Counted from the stretch's first letter, positions 8,148 through 17,385 are shown. The stretch: DNA of 32,000 nucleotides from Nitrosococcus oceani ATCC 19707 (GCF_000012805.1 NC_007484.1:1830001-1862000); one strand, 5' to 3'. The notes: generated by a model from the letters alone, not told the origin. A program made the numbers and translations.

Positions 8148-9947
8148 TCATCTATGAAAAACGTCATAAATACGCTGAGCTAATTCCAAGCTAATTCCCT
8201 CTATTTGAGCTAGATCTTCAACTCCTGCCCGTGTTATCTCCTGCAATCCACCTAGTTGAATCAATAGCTTCCGACGACGTTTGGGACCTAATCCAGATAT
8301 TCCCTCTAAAAGGGAAAGCTTACCCCCCTTAGCACGGCGTTTACGATGGCTAACAATAGCAAAACGGTGAGCTTCGTCACGGATATGTTGCAATATATGT
8401 AAAGCTGGAGAATCAGATGTTACCATTACCGGATTCTCATATCCCGCCAAAAATAAGGTTTCATTCCCTGCCTTACGTTCAGGCCCTTTCGCTATACCCA
8501 ACACGGTGATTTCTGTAATGCCTATTTCTTTAAGAACTCTAAGCGACTGATTTATCTGACCTTTACCACCATCAATCACGAGCAAATCTGGAAATACTCC
8601 CTCTTTTTTTTTAAAACGCCGCATTAACGCTTGACGTAAGGCTCCATAATCATCCCCTGGAATGATCCCTGTGATATTAAAACGACGGTAATCAGCCTTA
8701 CGGGGACCCTCTCTATCAAATACTACGCAGGAAGCCACTGTAGCCGTTCCTTGAATATGACTAACATCAAAGCACTCAATCCGTTGTGGGAAGTTTGCTA
8801 AGCTTAGTAATTGCTGTAAGCTTTTAAATCGTGCGGTAATGTTCGATTTCTCTGCGAGATGTTGATTTAAATTAATCTTAGCATTGGCTAAAGCCATTTT
8901 TATCCACTGCACCTTGGGACCACGAACTGGCTTTATCAAAGCAATCTTTCTTCCCGCCTGCTTGCTTAGTACTTCAGTTAACAAACCCATATCTTTAGGC
9001 TGGTGGCTTAATATAAGGATGGGCGGAGTCTCTCGATTCAAATAATATTGTGCTATAAAGGTAGAAAGTAACTCTTCTGGTGTTAGATTTCCTTCAAGCT
9101 TAGGTAAGAAAGTCTTATTTCCTAAATTATGCCCACCACGAATAAAAAAAACCTCCACACAAGCCATTTTCTCCGTAAGAGCGACCCCAAGCACATCAAT
9201 GTCTTTTTTTTCACCGCTTATATACTGACGTGCCTGTATTTGGCGTAAGCTAGCAATTCGATCCCGGTAATAGGCTGCTTGTTCAAAAGCAAGTTGCCCG
9301 GAAGCTTCTTCCATACGTATTACCAACTCATTGATAACCTGTTGATCCCGCCCTTTTAAAAACATCACTACGTGTTGAATATCTTGACTATAATCTTTTT
9401 TACTGATTAAGCCCACGCAAGGAGCAGTGCAGCGTTTGATCTGATATTGTAGACAGGGACGAGAACGATTACGGTAAAAGTTATCTTCACACTGGCGTAC
9501 GGGAAAAACCCTCTGAAGTAGTTTCAGCGTTTGCCATACCGATCTAATATTTGGATAAGGGCCGAAATATTGGCCAGAAACTTGTTTCACCCCCCGATGA
9601 AATCCTAAACGGGGAAAATCGTCAGCAGAGAGAAAAATGTAAGGGTAACTCTTATCATCCCTTAATAATACATTATAGCGAGGTTGCAGAGCTTTAATAA
9701 GATTACTTTCTAGAATCAGTGCTTCATTTTCCGTATGAGTCACAGTAATTTTGATATCGCAAATTTGCTTTACTAGAACATGAATTTTAGGTGCTAATTT
9801 GGAATTTCTAAAATAACTCTTTATCCGCCTTTTTAGGTTTTTTGCCTTACCAACATAGAGCACTTTTCCTTTGGCGTCTAGCATACGATAAACACCTGGG
9901 CAAGGAGTTAAATTCCTCAGAAAATCATCAATATCGAAATTTGCCAT
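8148..9947 (-). CDS. uvrC: excinuclease ABC subunit C
   Basis: 599 aa. It has an N-terminal GIY-YIG module (GVYRMLDAKGKVLYVGKAKNLKRRIKSYF), a UVR domain, an endonuclease V-like domain and a C-terminal (HhH)2. It sits upstream of pgsA as in E. coli. Confidence 0.97.
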   Translation of the reverse strand: MANFDIDDFLRNLTPCPGVYRMLDAKGKVLYVGKAKNLKRRIKSYFRNSKLAPKIHVLVKQICDIKITVTHTENEALILESNLIKALQPRYNVLLRDDKSYPYIFLSADDFPRLGFHRGVKQVSGQYFGPYPNIRSVWQTLKLLQRVFPVRQCEDNFYRNRSRPCLQYQIKRCTAPCVGLISKKDYSQDIQHVVMFLKGRDQQVINELVIRMEEASGQLAFEQAAYYRDRIASLRQIQARQYISGEKKDIDVLGVALTEKMACVEVFFIRGGHNLGNKTFLPKLEGNLTPEELLSTFIAQYYLNRETPPILILSHQPKDMGLLTEVLSKQAGRKIALIKPVRGPKVQWIKMALANAKINLNQHLAEKSNITARFKSLQQLLSLANFPQRIECFDVSHIQGTATVASCVVFDREGPRKADYRRFNITGIIPGDDYGALRQALMRRFKKKEGVFPDLLVIDGGKGQINQSLRVLKEIGITEITVLGIAKGPERKAGNETLFLAGYENPVMVTSDSPALHILQHIRDEAHRFAIVSHRKRRAKGGKLSLLEGISGLGPKRRRKLLIQLGGLQEITRAGVEDLAQIEGISLELAQRIYDVFHR

Positions 9948-9989
9948 ATTTCCGGCGGTTATCTTATTTAAAATAGGAAGATAAAAATA

Positions 9990-10454
9990 ATGAAGTTTTC
10001 ATGGTTTAAGATCTTTTTAACTTTTACTGGGCTGTTGATGTTTATGAATTTTTTAAATGTACAGGCCGACGTAAGTTCCTTAAATGTAAATGTAAAGACC
10101 AAAGATTGCTCAGTAGCTCAATTAGCTGGAAGATGGGTTCTCTCAGAAAGTGGAACACATGTAGCTTTCGGAGCGGTACCTTTTAGCCAAATAGGTTGGT
10201 TTTTACTAAAAAAAGATGGAACAGGTAAAGGAGAGGCATTTCTTAGTGTTAATGGGCAGCCTCTCCCTCCCATCCCTCTAGAGATACACTCTATAAAAAT
10301 TAAACCGAAGACTTGCGTGGGTAAAATGGAGTTTTTTGCAGGAGGAGAACTTCGAACAATTACCTTTATTCTAAATGCTCATTTCCAGGAAATTCAGTAT
10401 ATTAGCACTACAGGAGATATTACTACACTAGGGAATGCTAGAAGAAATAAATAG
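9990..10454 (+). CDS. hypothetical secreted protein
   Basis: 154 aa with a clear Sec signal peptide (MKFSWFKIFLTFTGLLMFMNFLNVQA|DV). The mature part is beta-rich. It looks visibly more AT-rich than its neighbours by eye. No family recognised. Confidence 0.55.
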   Translation: MKFSWFKIFLTFTGLLMFMNFLNVQADVSSLNVNVKTKDCSVAQLAGRWVLSESGTHVAFGAVPFSQIGWFLLKKDGTGKGEAFLSVNGQPLPPIPLEIHSIKIKPKTCVGKMEFFAGGELRTITFILNAHFQEIQYISTTGDITTLGNARRNK

Positions 10455-10493
10455 CACTAAGAATATCACCTCGTGCAACTAGCTTTTAAAAAT

Positions 10494-10580
10494 GGTGCCG
10501 AGGGCGAGACTCGAACTCGCACGGTGTTACCACCACCAGATTTTGAGTCTAGCGCGTCTACCTATTTCGCCACCTCGGCA
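10494..10580 (-). tRNA. tRNA-Leu(CAA)
   Basis: The reverse complement is GCCGAGGTGGCGAAATAGGTAGACGCGCTAGACTCAAAATCTGGTGGTGGTAACACCGTGCGAGTTCGAGTCTCGCCCTCGGCACCA. It is a class II tRNA with a long variable arm, anticodon loop CT-CAA-AA and an encoded CCA. Confidence 0.95.
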
Positions 10581-10663
10581 CATAACATACTATTATATAC
10601 GAATTTTAATATCCGAAAAGAAATAAACCTGTAATTGTAGCTGATAATGCTAAATTATATGTT

Positions 10664-11698
10664 ATGCAGCTAAGCGATTTTACTTATAACCTCCCCAAAC
10701 AGTTAATTGCTCAATATCCACCCAAACGGCGTGGAGAGAGCCGTTTATTATCTTTAGAAGGCGCCTCTGGAATCGTTAAAGATCGGCAATTCATCGAGCT
10801 TCCTGAGTTATTATCAACGAAGGATTTATTAATATTTAATAACACTAAGGTAATACCAGCCCGGATTCAAGGAACTAAAGATAGTGGAGGTAAGATAGAA
10901 ATATTAATAGAACGATTCCTAGATCAACACCGAGCTTTAGCTCATATACGGGCAAACAACCCCCCGCGAGCAGGGCGGCGTCTGGTGATGGAGCAGTCAG
11001 TAGAAGTAGAAGTAAAGGGCCGAGTTAAGGAGTTATTTGAACTACGCTTTCTAGATCCCCGTCCCTTACCGCAGCTCCTTGAAGCAATAGGTCAAATGCC
11101 CTTACCTCCCTATATTCAACGGAAAACGGTACCTGTTGATAAGGAACGTTATCAAACCATTTATGCTTCTCGTCCAGGTGCCGTCGCCGCTCCAACGGCT
11201 GGCTTACATTTTGATAAGCCACTACTAAAACGGTTACAAGCCCAGGGAATACGATCAGGTTATATCACTCTCCACGTAGGAGCGGGAACTTTTCAGCCAG
11301 TACGGGTTAAAAACATCACCCAACATCAAATGCACTCGGAATACGTGGAGGTGTCAGAGCAAATTTGCGCTCAAATACGAGATACTCAACAGGCAGGAGG
11401 GAGAGTAGTGGCAGTAGGAACAACGACGGTGCGGGCACTAGAAGCTGCTTCTGCGAAAGGGGTTATCGCACCTTACCAAGGGGAAACGGAGATTTTTATC
11501 TTCCCTGGTCATCGATTCCATACTGTGAATGCTTTAATCACTAATTTTCATCTGCCGGAAACTACATTACTTATGTTGGTGTGCGCTTTTGCAGGCAGTG
11601 AGCACGTATTAGCTGCTTATCGCCATGCGATAAAAAAAGGTTACCGTTTTTTCAGTTATGGCGATGCCATGTTTATTACTGAAGCTAAAACAGGCTGA
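10664..11698 (+). CDS. queA: tRNA preQ1(34) S-adenosylmethionine ribosyltransferase-isomerase
   Basis: 344 aa. The N-terminus is MQLSDFTYNLPKQLIAQYP, and the family signatures PTAGLHF, VGTTTVRALE and LITNFHLPETTLLMLV are present. Confidence 0.95.
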   Translation: MQLSDFTYNLPKQLIAQYPPKRRGESRLLSLEGASGIVKDRQFIELPELLSTKDLLIFNNTKVIPARIQGTKDSGGKIEILIERFLDQHRALAHIRANNPPRAGRRLVMEQSVEVEVKGRVKELFELRFLDPRPLPQLLEAIGQMPLPPYIQRKTVPVDKERYQTIYASRPGAVAAPTAGLHFDKPLLKRLQAQGIRSGYITLHVGAGTFQPVRVKNITQHQMHSEYVEVSEQICAQIRDTQQAGGRVVAVGTTTVRALEAASAKGVIAPYQGETEIFIFPGHRFHTVNALITNFHLPETTLLMLVCAFAGSEHVLAAYRHAIKKGYRFFSYGDAMFITEAKTG

Positions 11699-11700
11699 CT

Positions 11701-12444
11701 ATGCCATTAGGAAAAGTACGCATCGTATTGGTAGAAACCACCCATCCCGGCAATATTGGAGCAGCGGCGCGAGCCATGCGTACCATGGGATTATGCCACT
11801 TATATTTAGTCAATCCAAAGCGCTTTCCCTGCGCTGAAGCTACAGCAATGGCTTCGGGCGCAGATAAATTACTAGCCCAAGCAAAGGTTTGCACCAGCTT
11901 GGCCCAAGCAATAACGGGTTGTCAAAAAGTATTTGGACTGAGTGCCAGGTCTAGAAGTATTTCCTGGCCAGTGCTAAATACACGGGACTCTGGCGTCCTC
12001 GTTGTCCAAGAGGCCCTAAGAGGAGGAGAGGTAGCAATAGTATTCGGCCGAGAGAATTCAGGGCTTTCTAACCTTGAGCTAGATCGTTGTAATTATTGGG
12101 TTCATATTCCAAGTAATCCAACGTACAGCTCCCTAAATTTAGCGGCGGCGGTACAGGTGATGGCCTATGAGGTCCGGATGGCTTCCATGATGGATGACTC
12201 CCGGCACTCCGCAGAATCGCCATCAGCCTCTATAGGGGAGATAGAAGGTTTTTTTAGACACCTAGAGCAAACCTTAATAAAGATCGATTTTCTTAACTCG
12301 AGTAATCCCAAGCTTTTAATGCGACGCTTACGCTGCCTGTTTTTTCGCGCTCATCTTAATGTACGTGAAATCAATATCTTACGGGGAATTTTAACCGCCG
12401 TCCAGAAAAAAGCGCAGATCCCCGAAGCTGCGATGAAAAAATAA
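11701..12444 (+). CDS. trmJ: tRNA (cytidine/uridine-2'-O-)-methyltransferase TrmJ (SpoU/TrmH class)
   Basis: 247 aa, collinear with E. coli TrmJ as I recall it ([65 protein letters not shown]). It lies upstream of the isc locus as in E. coli. Confidence 0.9.
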   Translation: MPLGKVRIVLVETTHPGNIGAAARAMRTMGLCHLYLVNPKRFPCAEATAMASGADKLLAQAKVCTSLAQAITGCQKVFGLSARSRSISWPVLNTRDSGVLVVQEALRGGEVAIVFGRENSGLSNLELDRCNYWVHIPSNPTYSSLNLAAAVQVMAYEVRMASMMDDSRHSAESPSASIGEIEGFFRHLEQTLIKIDFLNSSNPKLLMRRLRCLFFRAHLNVREINILRGILTAVQKKAQIPEAAMKK

Positions 12445-12527
12445 TAAATTTTTATGCAGCCGCAAGAAAGAATAGCAGGAGTCTGACCGGCATAGCTGGA
12501 TTAGTCAGGGGAAGAGGTACCCTTTTT

Positions 12528-13304
12528 ATGTTTAAACGCTTGCAAGAAGAAATAAAGTGCGTATTTGAGCGGGATCCCGCGGCACGTAATGCCTTTGAGG
12601 TAATTACTACCTATCCAGGATTCCATGCCATTGTATGGCATCGACTGAGTCATCGACTGTGGAATTTAGGAGCTAAATGGCTGGCACGGGCTATTTCTAC
12701 TTTAAGCCGCTGGTTAACCGGGATCGAAATTCATCCAGGGGCTCAGATTGGGCAGCGTTTTTTTATCGACCACGGAATGGGCGTAGTAATCGGCGAAACC
12801 GCGGAGATCGGGAACGATTGTACGCTTTATCATGGGGTAACCTTGGGAGGAACCAGTTGGCAAAAAGGAAAACGGCATCCTACTTTAGGAAATAATGTGG
12901 TAGTAGGAGCGGGCGCTAAAGTTCTTGGACCTATTCACATAGGTAGTGGAGTACGGATAGGTTCTAATTCAGTGGTAGTTAAGAGTGTTCCTGCAAACAC
13001 CACTGTTATTGGAGTTCCGGGGCGCATGGTTCAATCGAAAGATCAACGCAGAGAGGCCAAGCATCAAGCAATGGCCAAGCGTATTGGATTTGATGCCTAT
13101 GGCACCCCCCAAGATACGCCTGATCCAATTGAACGGGCTATTCATGGCCTGATTGAGCATATTCAGCGTTTAGATGAACGTATTGAGCAAATGACGGCCG
13201 AGATTAAGAATTTAGGAGGAGATCTTCCTGGGGAACACTTACCTAGTTTAGACGAGGAACAAGCACGGCAGGTTGCCGAGGATAAATCAGCAATAGCCAA
13301 ATAG
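12528..13304 (+). CDS. cysE: serine O-acetyltransferase (short N-terminal type with long C-terminal tail)
   Basis: Left-handed beta-helix hexapeptide region [44 protein letters not shown]...[31 protein letters not shown]. Confidence 0.92.
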   Translation: MFKRLQEEIKCVFERDPAARNAFEVITTYPGFHAIVWHRLSHRLWNLGAKWLARAISTLSRWLTGIEIHPGAQIGQRFFIDHGMGVVIGETAEIGNDCTLYHGVTLGGTSWQKGKRHPTLGNNVVVGAGAKVLGPIHIGSGVRIGSNSVVVKSVPANTTVIGVPGRMVQSKDQRREAKHQAMAKRIGFDAYGTPQDTPDPIERAIHGLIEHIQRLDERIEQMTAEIKNLGGDLPGEHLPSLDEEQARQVAEDKSAIAK

Positions 13305-13326
13305 TTGACTAATATAGTCAGTTATG
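13302..13326 (+). promoter_or_regulatory. IscR type-1 binding site overlapping a TTGACT -35-like hexamer upstream of iscR
   Basis: ATAGTTGACTAATATAGTCAGTTAT matches the remembered type-1 consensus ATASYYGACTRWWWYAGTCRRSTAT at 24 of 25 positions, with inverted half-sites TTGACT/AGTCAG. It overlaps the cysE stop codon and ends 39 nt before the iscR ATG. Confidence 0.6.
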
Positions 13327-13365
13327 TAACTCTTTGGCTAACAGAACTAGGGAACGCTTAATAAC

Positions 13366-13866
13366 ATGCGGCTAACAACCAAAGGTCGTTATGCGGTGAC
13401 CGCGATGCTGGACTTGGCTTTACATTATGAACAAGGTCCGATTAGCCTAGCTGATATTTCTCGCCGCCAAGGGATTTCTCTCTCTTACTTAGAACAACTC
13501 TTTGCTCGGCTACGCAAAAAAGGTTTAGTCGGCAGTGTTCGAGGTCCGGGGGGTGGTTATCGCCTAAGTCGTGAAGCGGGGAAAATCAGCATAATCGATG
13601 TTATCACTGCGGTTGATGAAAACATGGACGCCACGCGTTGTGGGGGATTAAAAAACTGCCAAGAGAACCAGCGCTGCCTTACCCATGATCTGTGGGAAGA
13701 TCTCAGCCGGCAGATCTATGAATTTCTTGCCCGCATTACTTTGGGTGAACTAGTTCAGCGTGATGACATCAAAAAAGTTGCGATGCGGCTGGAGGATGCT
13801 GTTTCGGTAAACAGTGTTGATCGTGCCGTACCCGTTGTTATTATAGGTACAAATCGTATTTCTTAA
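13366..13866 (+). CDS. iscR: Fe-S cluster assembly transcriptional regulator IscR (Rrf2 family)
   Basis: The N-terminus is [18 protein letters not shown], followed by a winged HTH. The cluster-ligand spacing [16 protein letters not shown] corresponds to C92/C98/C104/H107 of E. coli IscR. Confidence 0.92.
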   Translation: MRLTTKGRYAVTAMLDLALHYEQGPISLADISRRQGISLSYLEQLFARLRKKGLVGSVRGPGGGYRLSREAGKISIIDVITAVDENMDATRCGGLKNCQENQRCLTHDLWEDLSRQIYEFLARITLGELVQRDDIKKVAMRLEDAVSVNSVDRAVPVVIIGTNRIS

Positions 13867-13868
13867 AA

Positions 13869-15026
13869 ATGGCAATTTACCTCGATCATAATGCAGGCTC
13901 TCCGCTGGATGAACGGGTATTGGATACCATGCTCCCCTACCTTCGTGAACAACAGGGAAATCCTTCTAGCGTACACCGCTACGGTCGTATTGCTCGAGAG
14001 GCCATAGAGCAAGCTCGCATCCAGGTAGCCGCCTTAGTACAGGCAGCACCCTCCCAAGTTATTTTTACAAGCGGTGGTACTGAAGCCAATAATTTAGCCA
14101 TATTTGGAGCGATGGGTCCCCATCCTCAAGGTCACCTTGCAATCAGTGCAGTGGAACATCCCTCTCTTCGAGAGCCTGTATTAGCTTTACAAGCACAAGG
14201 AATTAAAATAACTGAAATTGAAGTGGATTCCGAAGGAAGAGTAAACCCCTTAGCTCTAGGGGCAGCGTTACGTCCCGATACTCGTTTGGTTTCTATCATG
14301 TGGGCGAACAATGAGACTGGGGTTTTACAAGATATTACTACTTTGAGTGAAGAAGTGCGCATCCAAGGAAGCTTATTTCATACCGATGCGGTCCAGGCAG
14401 TAGGAAAAGTGCCCCTAGATTTTCACCACAGCGGTGTTCACCTTATGAGCCTTTCTGCTCATAAAATGGGAGGCCCTAAGGGAGTAGGTGCGCTAATTGT
14501 GGATAGTAGCGTAGATATTTTTCCGCTTCTGCGAGGAGGTGGCCAAGAAAAAGGCCGCCGTAGCGGTACCGAAAACGTGGCTGCTATTGCAGGATTTGGC
14601 AAAGCCGCTGAACTTGCAAGTCTAGAGATGAATCAACGTGCTCGCGACTGGTCTCAATTGCGGGAATATCTAGAGCAATCCTTACAGCAGTTGCCGGGGA
14701 TTGTCGTCTTTGGAGAAAAAGCTGAACGCTTGCCTAATACTCTATTTTTTACTGTACCAGGAATAGAGGGAGAGACTTTGTTGATGGCTTTGGATAAGGC
14801 GGGAATAGGAGTCTCTAGCGGTTCCGCTTGCGATAGCAACCATCACCAACCCAGCCACGTATTGTTGGCTATGGGGATAGCACCAGAACTAGCGCAAGGG
14901 GCGATTCGTGTCAGCATCGGGGTGGATAATAATTTGTCCCAAATCAATGAACTGATTACGGTATTAAAAAGTCAAATAAGTAAACTTCAGCGGATGTTAT
15001 TGTGCGATGTTGGTTATGGCGTATAA
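13869..15026 (+). CDS. iscS: cysteine desulfurase, IscS/NifS-like (385 aa, short C-terminus)
   Basis: Class V PLP fold with the PLP lysine in SLSAHKMGGPKGVGAL and the catalytic-loop cysteine in SSGSACDS. It starts 2 nt after the iscR stop. Confidence 0.9.
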   Translation: MAIYLDHNAGSPLDERVLDTMLPYLREQQGNPSSVHRYGRIAREAIEQARIQVAALVQAAPSQVIFTSGGTEANNLAIFGAMGPHPQGHLAISAVEHPSLREPVLALQAQGIKITEIEVDSEGRVNPLALGAALRPDTRLVSIMWANNETGVLQDITTLSEEVRIQGSLFHTDAVQAVGKVPLDFHHSGVHLMSLSAHKMGGPKGVGALIVDSSVDIFPLLRGGGQEKGRRSGTENVAAIAGFGKAAELASLEMNQRARDWSQLREYLEQSLQQLPGIVVFGEKAERLPNTLFFTVPGIEGETLLMALDKAGIGVSSGSACDSNHHQPSHVLLAMGIAPELAQGAIRVSIGVDNNLSQINELITVLKSQISKLQRMLLCDVGYGV

Positions 15027-15041
15027 GGAGAGGGTAAAAAG

Positions 15042-15365
15042 ATGGCAATTACAGTTACAGCTTCTGCGTTAAAACAGATTAAGAAGGTTCTCTCACAGCA
15101 AGAAAATGTAGAAGGCCTGCGCATAGGCGTCAAAAAAAGCGGCTGCTCAGGATATGCCTATGTGCTTGATTTCGCAAAACAGGTAAAATCGGAAGATACT
15201 ATTTTTGATCATGACGGAGTTAAAATCCTAGTTGATAAAAAAAGTCTGAATTTTATTGACGGTACTGAATTGGATTACCGGCGCGAGGGTTTGAATGAGA
15301 GCTTTAAATTTCAAAACCCAAATGTGGCCGGAACTTGTGGTTGCGGAGAAAGTTTTAGCATTTAA
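15042..15365 (+). CDS. iscA: Fe-S cluster insertion/carrier protein IscA (A-type carrier)
   Basis: 107 aa, collinear with E. coli IscA as I recall it (SGCSGYAYVLDF ... FKFQNPNVAGTCGCGESFSI). The three conserved Cys are present. Confidence 0.9.
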   Translation: MAITVTASALKQIKKVLSQQENVEGLRIGVKKSGCSGYAYVLDFAKQVKSEDTIFDHDGVKILVDKKSLNFIDGTELDYRREGLNESFKFQNPNVAGTCGCGESFSI

Positions 15366-15649
15366 CTTTATTTGTAATGAAATATCACCCTTGATCAATG
15401 ATCAAATATCTAAATTAAATAACTTTCCTTTGTAAATCAAGGGGTTAATAAAAAGGTGCGGAACCCCAAAATTGTTTACGTAAATGCGCAAACGCTTGCA
15501 AAGGGAGCAAAAAGTTCCTCTCTTTTCCTTAAGCTATTTCACGTTATCACGGCCTCCCCTCCGAGTGAAATAGCCCCTATCTTATGTCAGCGATAAGCCC
15601 ACTCAGCTTGTCGAATCCTTTATCCCAACTAACTACTTTAATCTAACCT

Positions 15650-16654
15650 GTGAGACGTTATTGGATTTTAGCCCTGCTAGCCATGGGCCTAGGTTTGGCG
15701 ATCCCATTCAGCTATGGTGGGCTGGCAGTTTTTGAGCGTCTTGGCCAAGTGCCCCTTTGGCTCCCTCTGCTTACCCTGGCAATGATCGTGCTTGGTTGGA
15801 ATTTTAATGCTGCTAAACTGCGGATTTTAGTCTCTGCGGTAGATACTAAACTCTCACATCGAAGCGCGCTCGGAACGGTTATGGCATGGGAATTTGCTTT
15901 TTCCGCTACTCCTGCAGGGAGCGGCGGAATTGTTAGCTATATTTACCTTTTAAATAGATACGGTGTGAAAACTGCTCATGCAGCAGCCATCTTTACCATG
16001 GAGATGGGAATAGACTTATTGTTTTTTATTACCGCTTCAATCATCGTAGTGATAAAGTTGGCTACCAATGTGGCCTATGATATTCATCTCGGGTTTGTTT
16101 TGGTGGTGGTATTGCTCACCGGTGGGATGGGGGTAATGTGGATTCTGGCTCGGCAATATCAAAAATTGTTGCGAGTATTTGGCTATCTATTAAAATTATT
16201 CAAGGTCTCTACTCCCCGTCGCAAGCGAGCAGCGCGCTGGATGTTACGTCTTCGCCATGGTCTAATGCTCCTCTTAGGACTCCCTCGACGGCATTTATAC
16301 GCTGCTTATCTCTTCTGTGTCGCTCATTGGCTGTTACGCTTTAGTGTTCTTTATGTTCTCCTTTTAGGCCTAGGCGAAAATGTGCCCTGGCCTTATCTAT
16401 TTATTACCCAAGTATTAATACTGACCCTGGGACATTTCACCTTCTTGCCGGGGGGGAGCGGGGGAGTCGAATTGGGATTTGGGGTGATGCTAGGACCTTT
16501 TCTTGATAGCGCCACACTGGCAACTGCCCTTGTTCTCTGGCGTTTTGCTACCTTTTATTGGTATCTTATTGCTGGCGCACCGGTATTTGTCGCAGTAGCA
16601 GGGCCAGTGATATTTCAAACCTTAGCCCAAGCTACTACTAAAAAGTCCTTATAA
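15650..16654 (+). CDS. UPF0104 / lysyl-phosphatidylglycerol-synthase-TM-like (flippase-like) membrane protein
   Basis: 334 aa with a GTG start and about 8 TM helices. It has a basic cytoplasmic loop (STPRRKRAARWMLRLRHG) and the family-typical LPGGSGGVELGF motif. No adjacent aminoacyl-transferase or glycosyltransferase domain. Confidence 0.6.
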   Translation: MRRYWILALLAMGLGLAIPFSYGGLAVFERLGQVPLWLPLLTLAMIVLGWNFNAAKLRILVSAVDTKLSHRSALGTVMAWEFAFSATPAGSGGIVSYIYLLNRYGVKTAHAAAIFTMEMGIDLLFFITASIIVVIKLATNVAYDIHLGFVLVVVLLTGGMGVMWILARQYQKLLRVFGYLLKLFKVSTPRRKRAARWMLRLRHGLMLLLGLPRRHLYAAYLFCVAHWLLRFSVLYVLLLGLGENVPWPYLFITQVLILTLGHFTFLPGGSGGVELGFGVMLGPFLDSATLATALVLWRFATFYWYLIAGAPVFVAVAGPVIFQTLAQATTKKSL

Positions 16655-17032
16655 AAAAATTTTAGGGGCTGACACCTGATTTTAAATAAGTTAGGAGTTA
16701 GTCTGTGCGTAAGGCATTGTAAGTTAGGGTGTTACCAGCAATTATTCCTGTTGGCACAGTTTGTTGCAGGTACACCAATTAGAATAGCCACCGAACAGCA
16801 AAAGCGTGCCGCGCAATTTTGTGGCGGAGTCAAGAACGAGGTCGAGGCACAGCGGGTAAAATCTACACTGCATCTATTTCTAACGCGCAAAAAAAAATAA
16901 GTGCTGAGTTCGTGGATGAAGCTCTGGAGTAGGTCTATGAGCAGTGCAACGGCTGAAATACTTTTATCAACAGGAATATAATCCTCACTTCTTAGATTAA
17001 AGCAAAACACATCCATTCTGTGGGGTAGGATC

Positions 17033-17263
17033 ATGAGCGTAGGCAAGAATATCAAAGGATTACGTATAGCCGCTGGACTGACTCAAACCCAGTTAGCCAA
17101 AGAAGCTCGTATAAATCAAAGCGGCTTGAGTAAAATTGAGCGTGAAGAAAATGAGAGTATCACGTTACCTACGCTTAGAAAAATTGCCAAGGCGCTAGAT
17201 TGTAGCGTTGTTGCGCTTCTGGAAGATAAAGATAAAGGTAAGAAGCTAAGGGAGCTCACTTAA
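17033..17263 (+). CDS. XRE-family helix-turn-helix transcriptional regulator (76 aa, orphan)
   Basis: Canonical Cro/C1 HTH: NIKGLRIAAGLTQTQLAKEARINQSGLSKIEREENESITLPTLRKIAKALDCSVVALL. TATAAT lies at about 16975-16980 upstream. There is no partner ORF of 60 aa or more on either side. Confidence 0.8.
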   Translation: MSVGKNIKGLRIAAGLTQTQLAKEARINQSGLSKIEREENESITLPTLRKIAKALDCSVVALLEDKDKGKKLRELT

Positions 17264-17385
17264 TACTTCTTCCTTGATGAAATTGCCTTAATTGAAAATT
17301 TTCAACTTATGAGCCGCCATGCGTACATTCAAAATGAGGTAAGTAAGATCACACGCTGCCTCACAAGGCATTAAAGAGAAGTATT

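Noticed and set aside
16732-17055. 107-aa minus-strand ORF overlapping the XRE start
   Set aside because: It has a TTG start with no SD. The translation is Cys/Phe-rich and compositionally odd (CAARFCCSVAILIG...). It overlaps the XRE promoter and start codon, and I recognise no domain. I treat the region as non-coding, though a pseudogene relic cannot be excluded.
17261-17371. The XRE reading frame stays open for 36 codons after its TAA stop (YFFLDEIALIENFQLMSRHAYIQNEVSKITRCLTRH), hinting at a truncated longer protein or readthrough
   Set aside because: An open run of 36 codons is expected by chance about one time in five. The peptide has no recognisable domain, and the 76-aa HTH protein is complete by itself.
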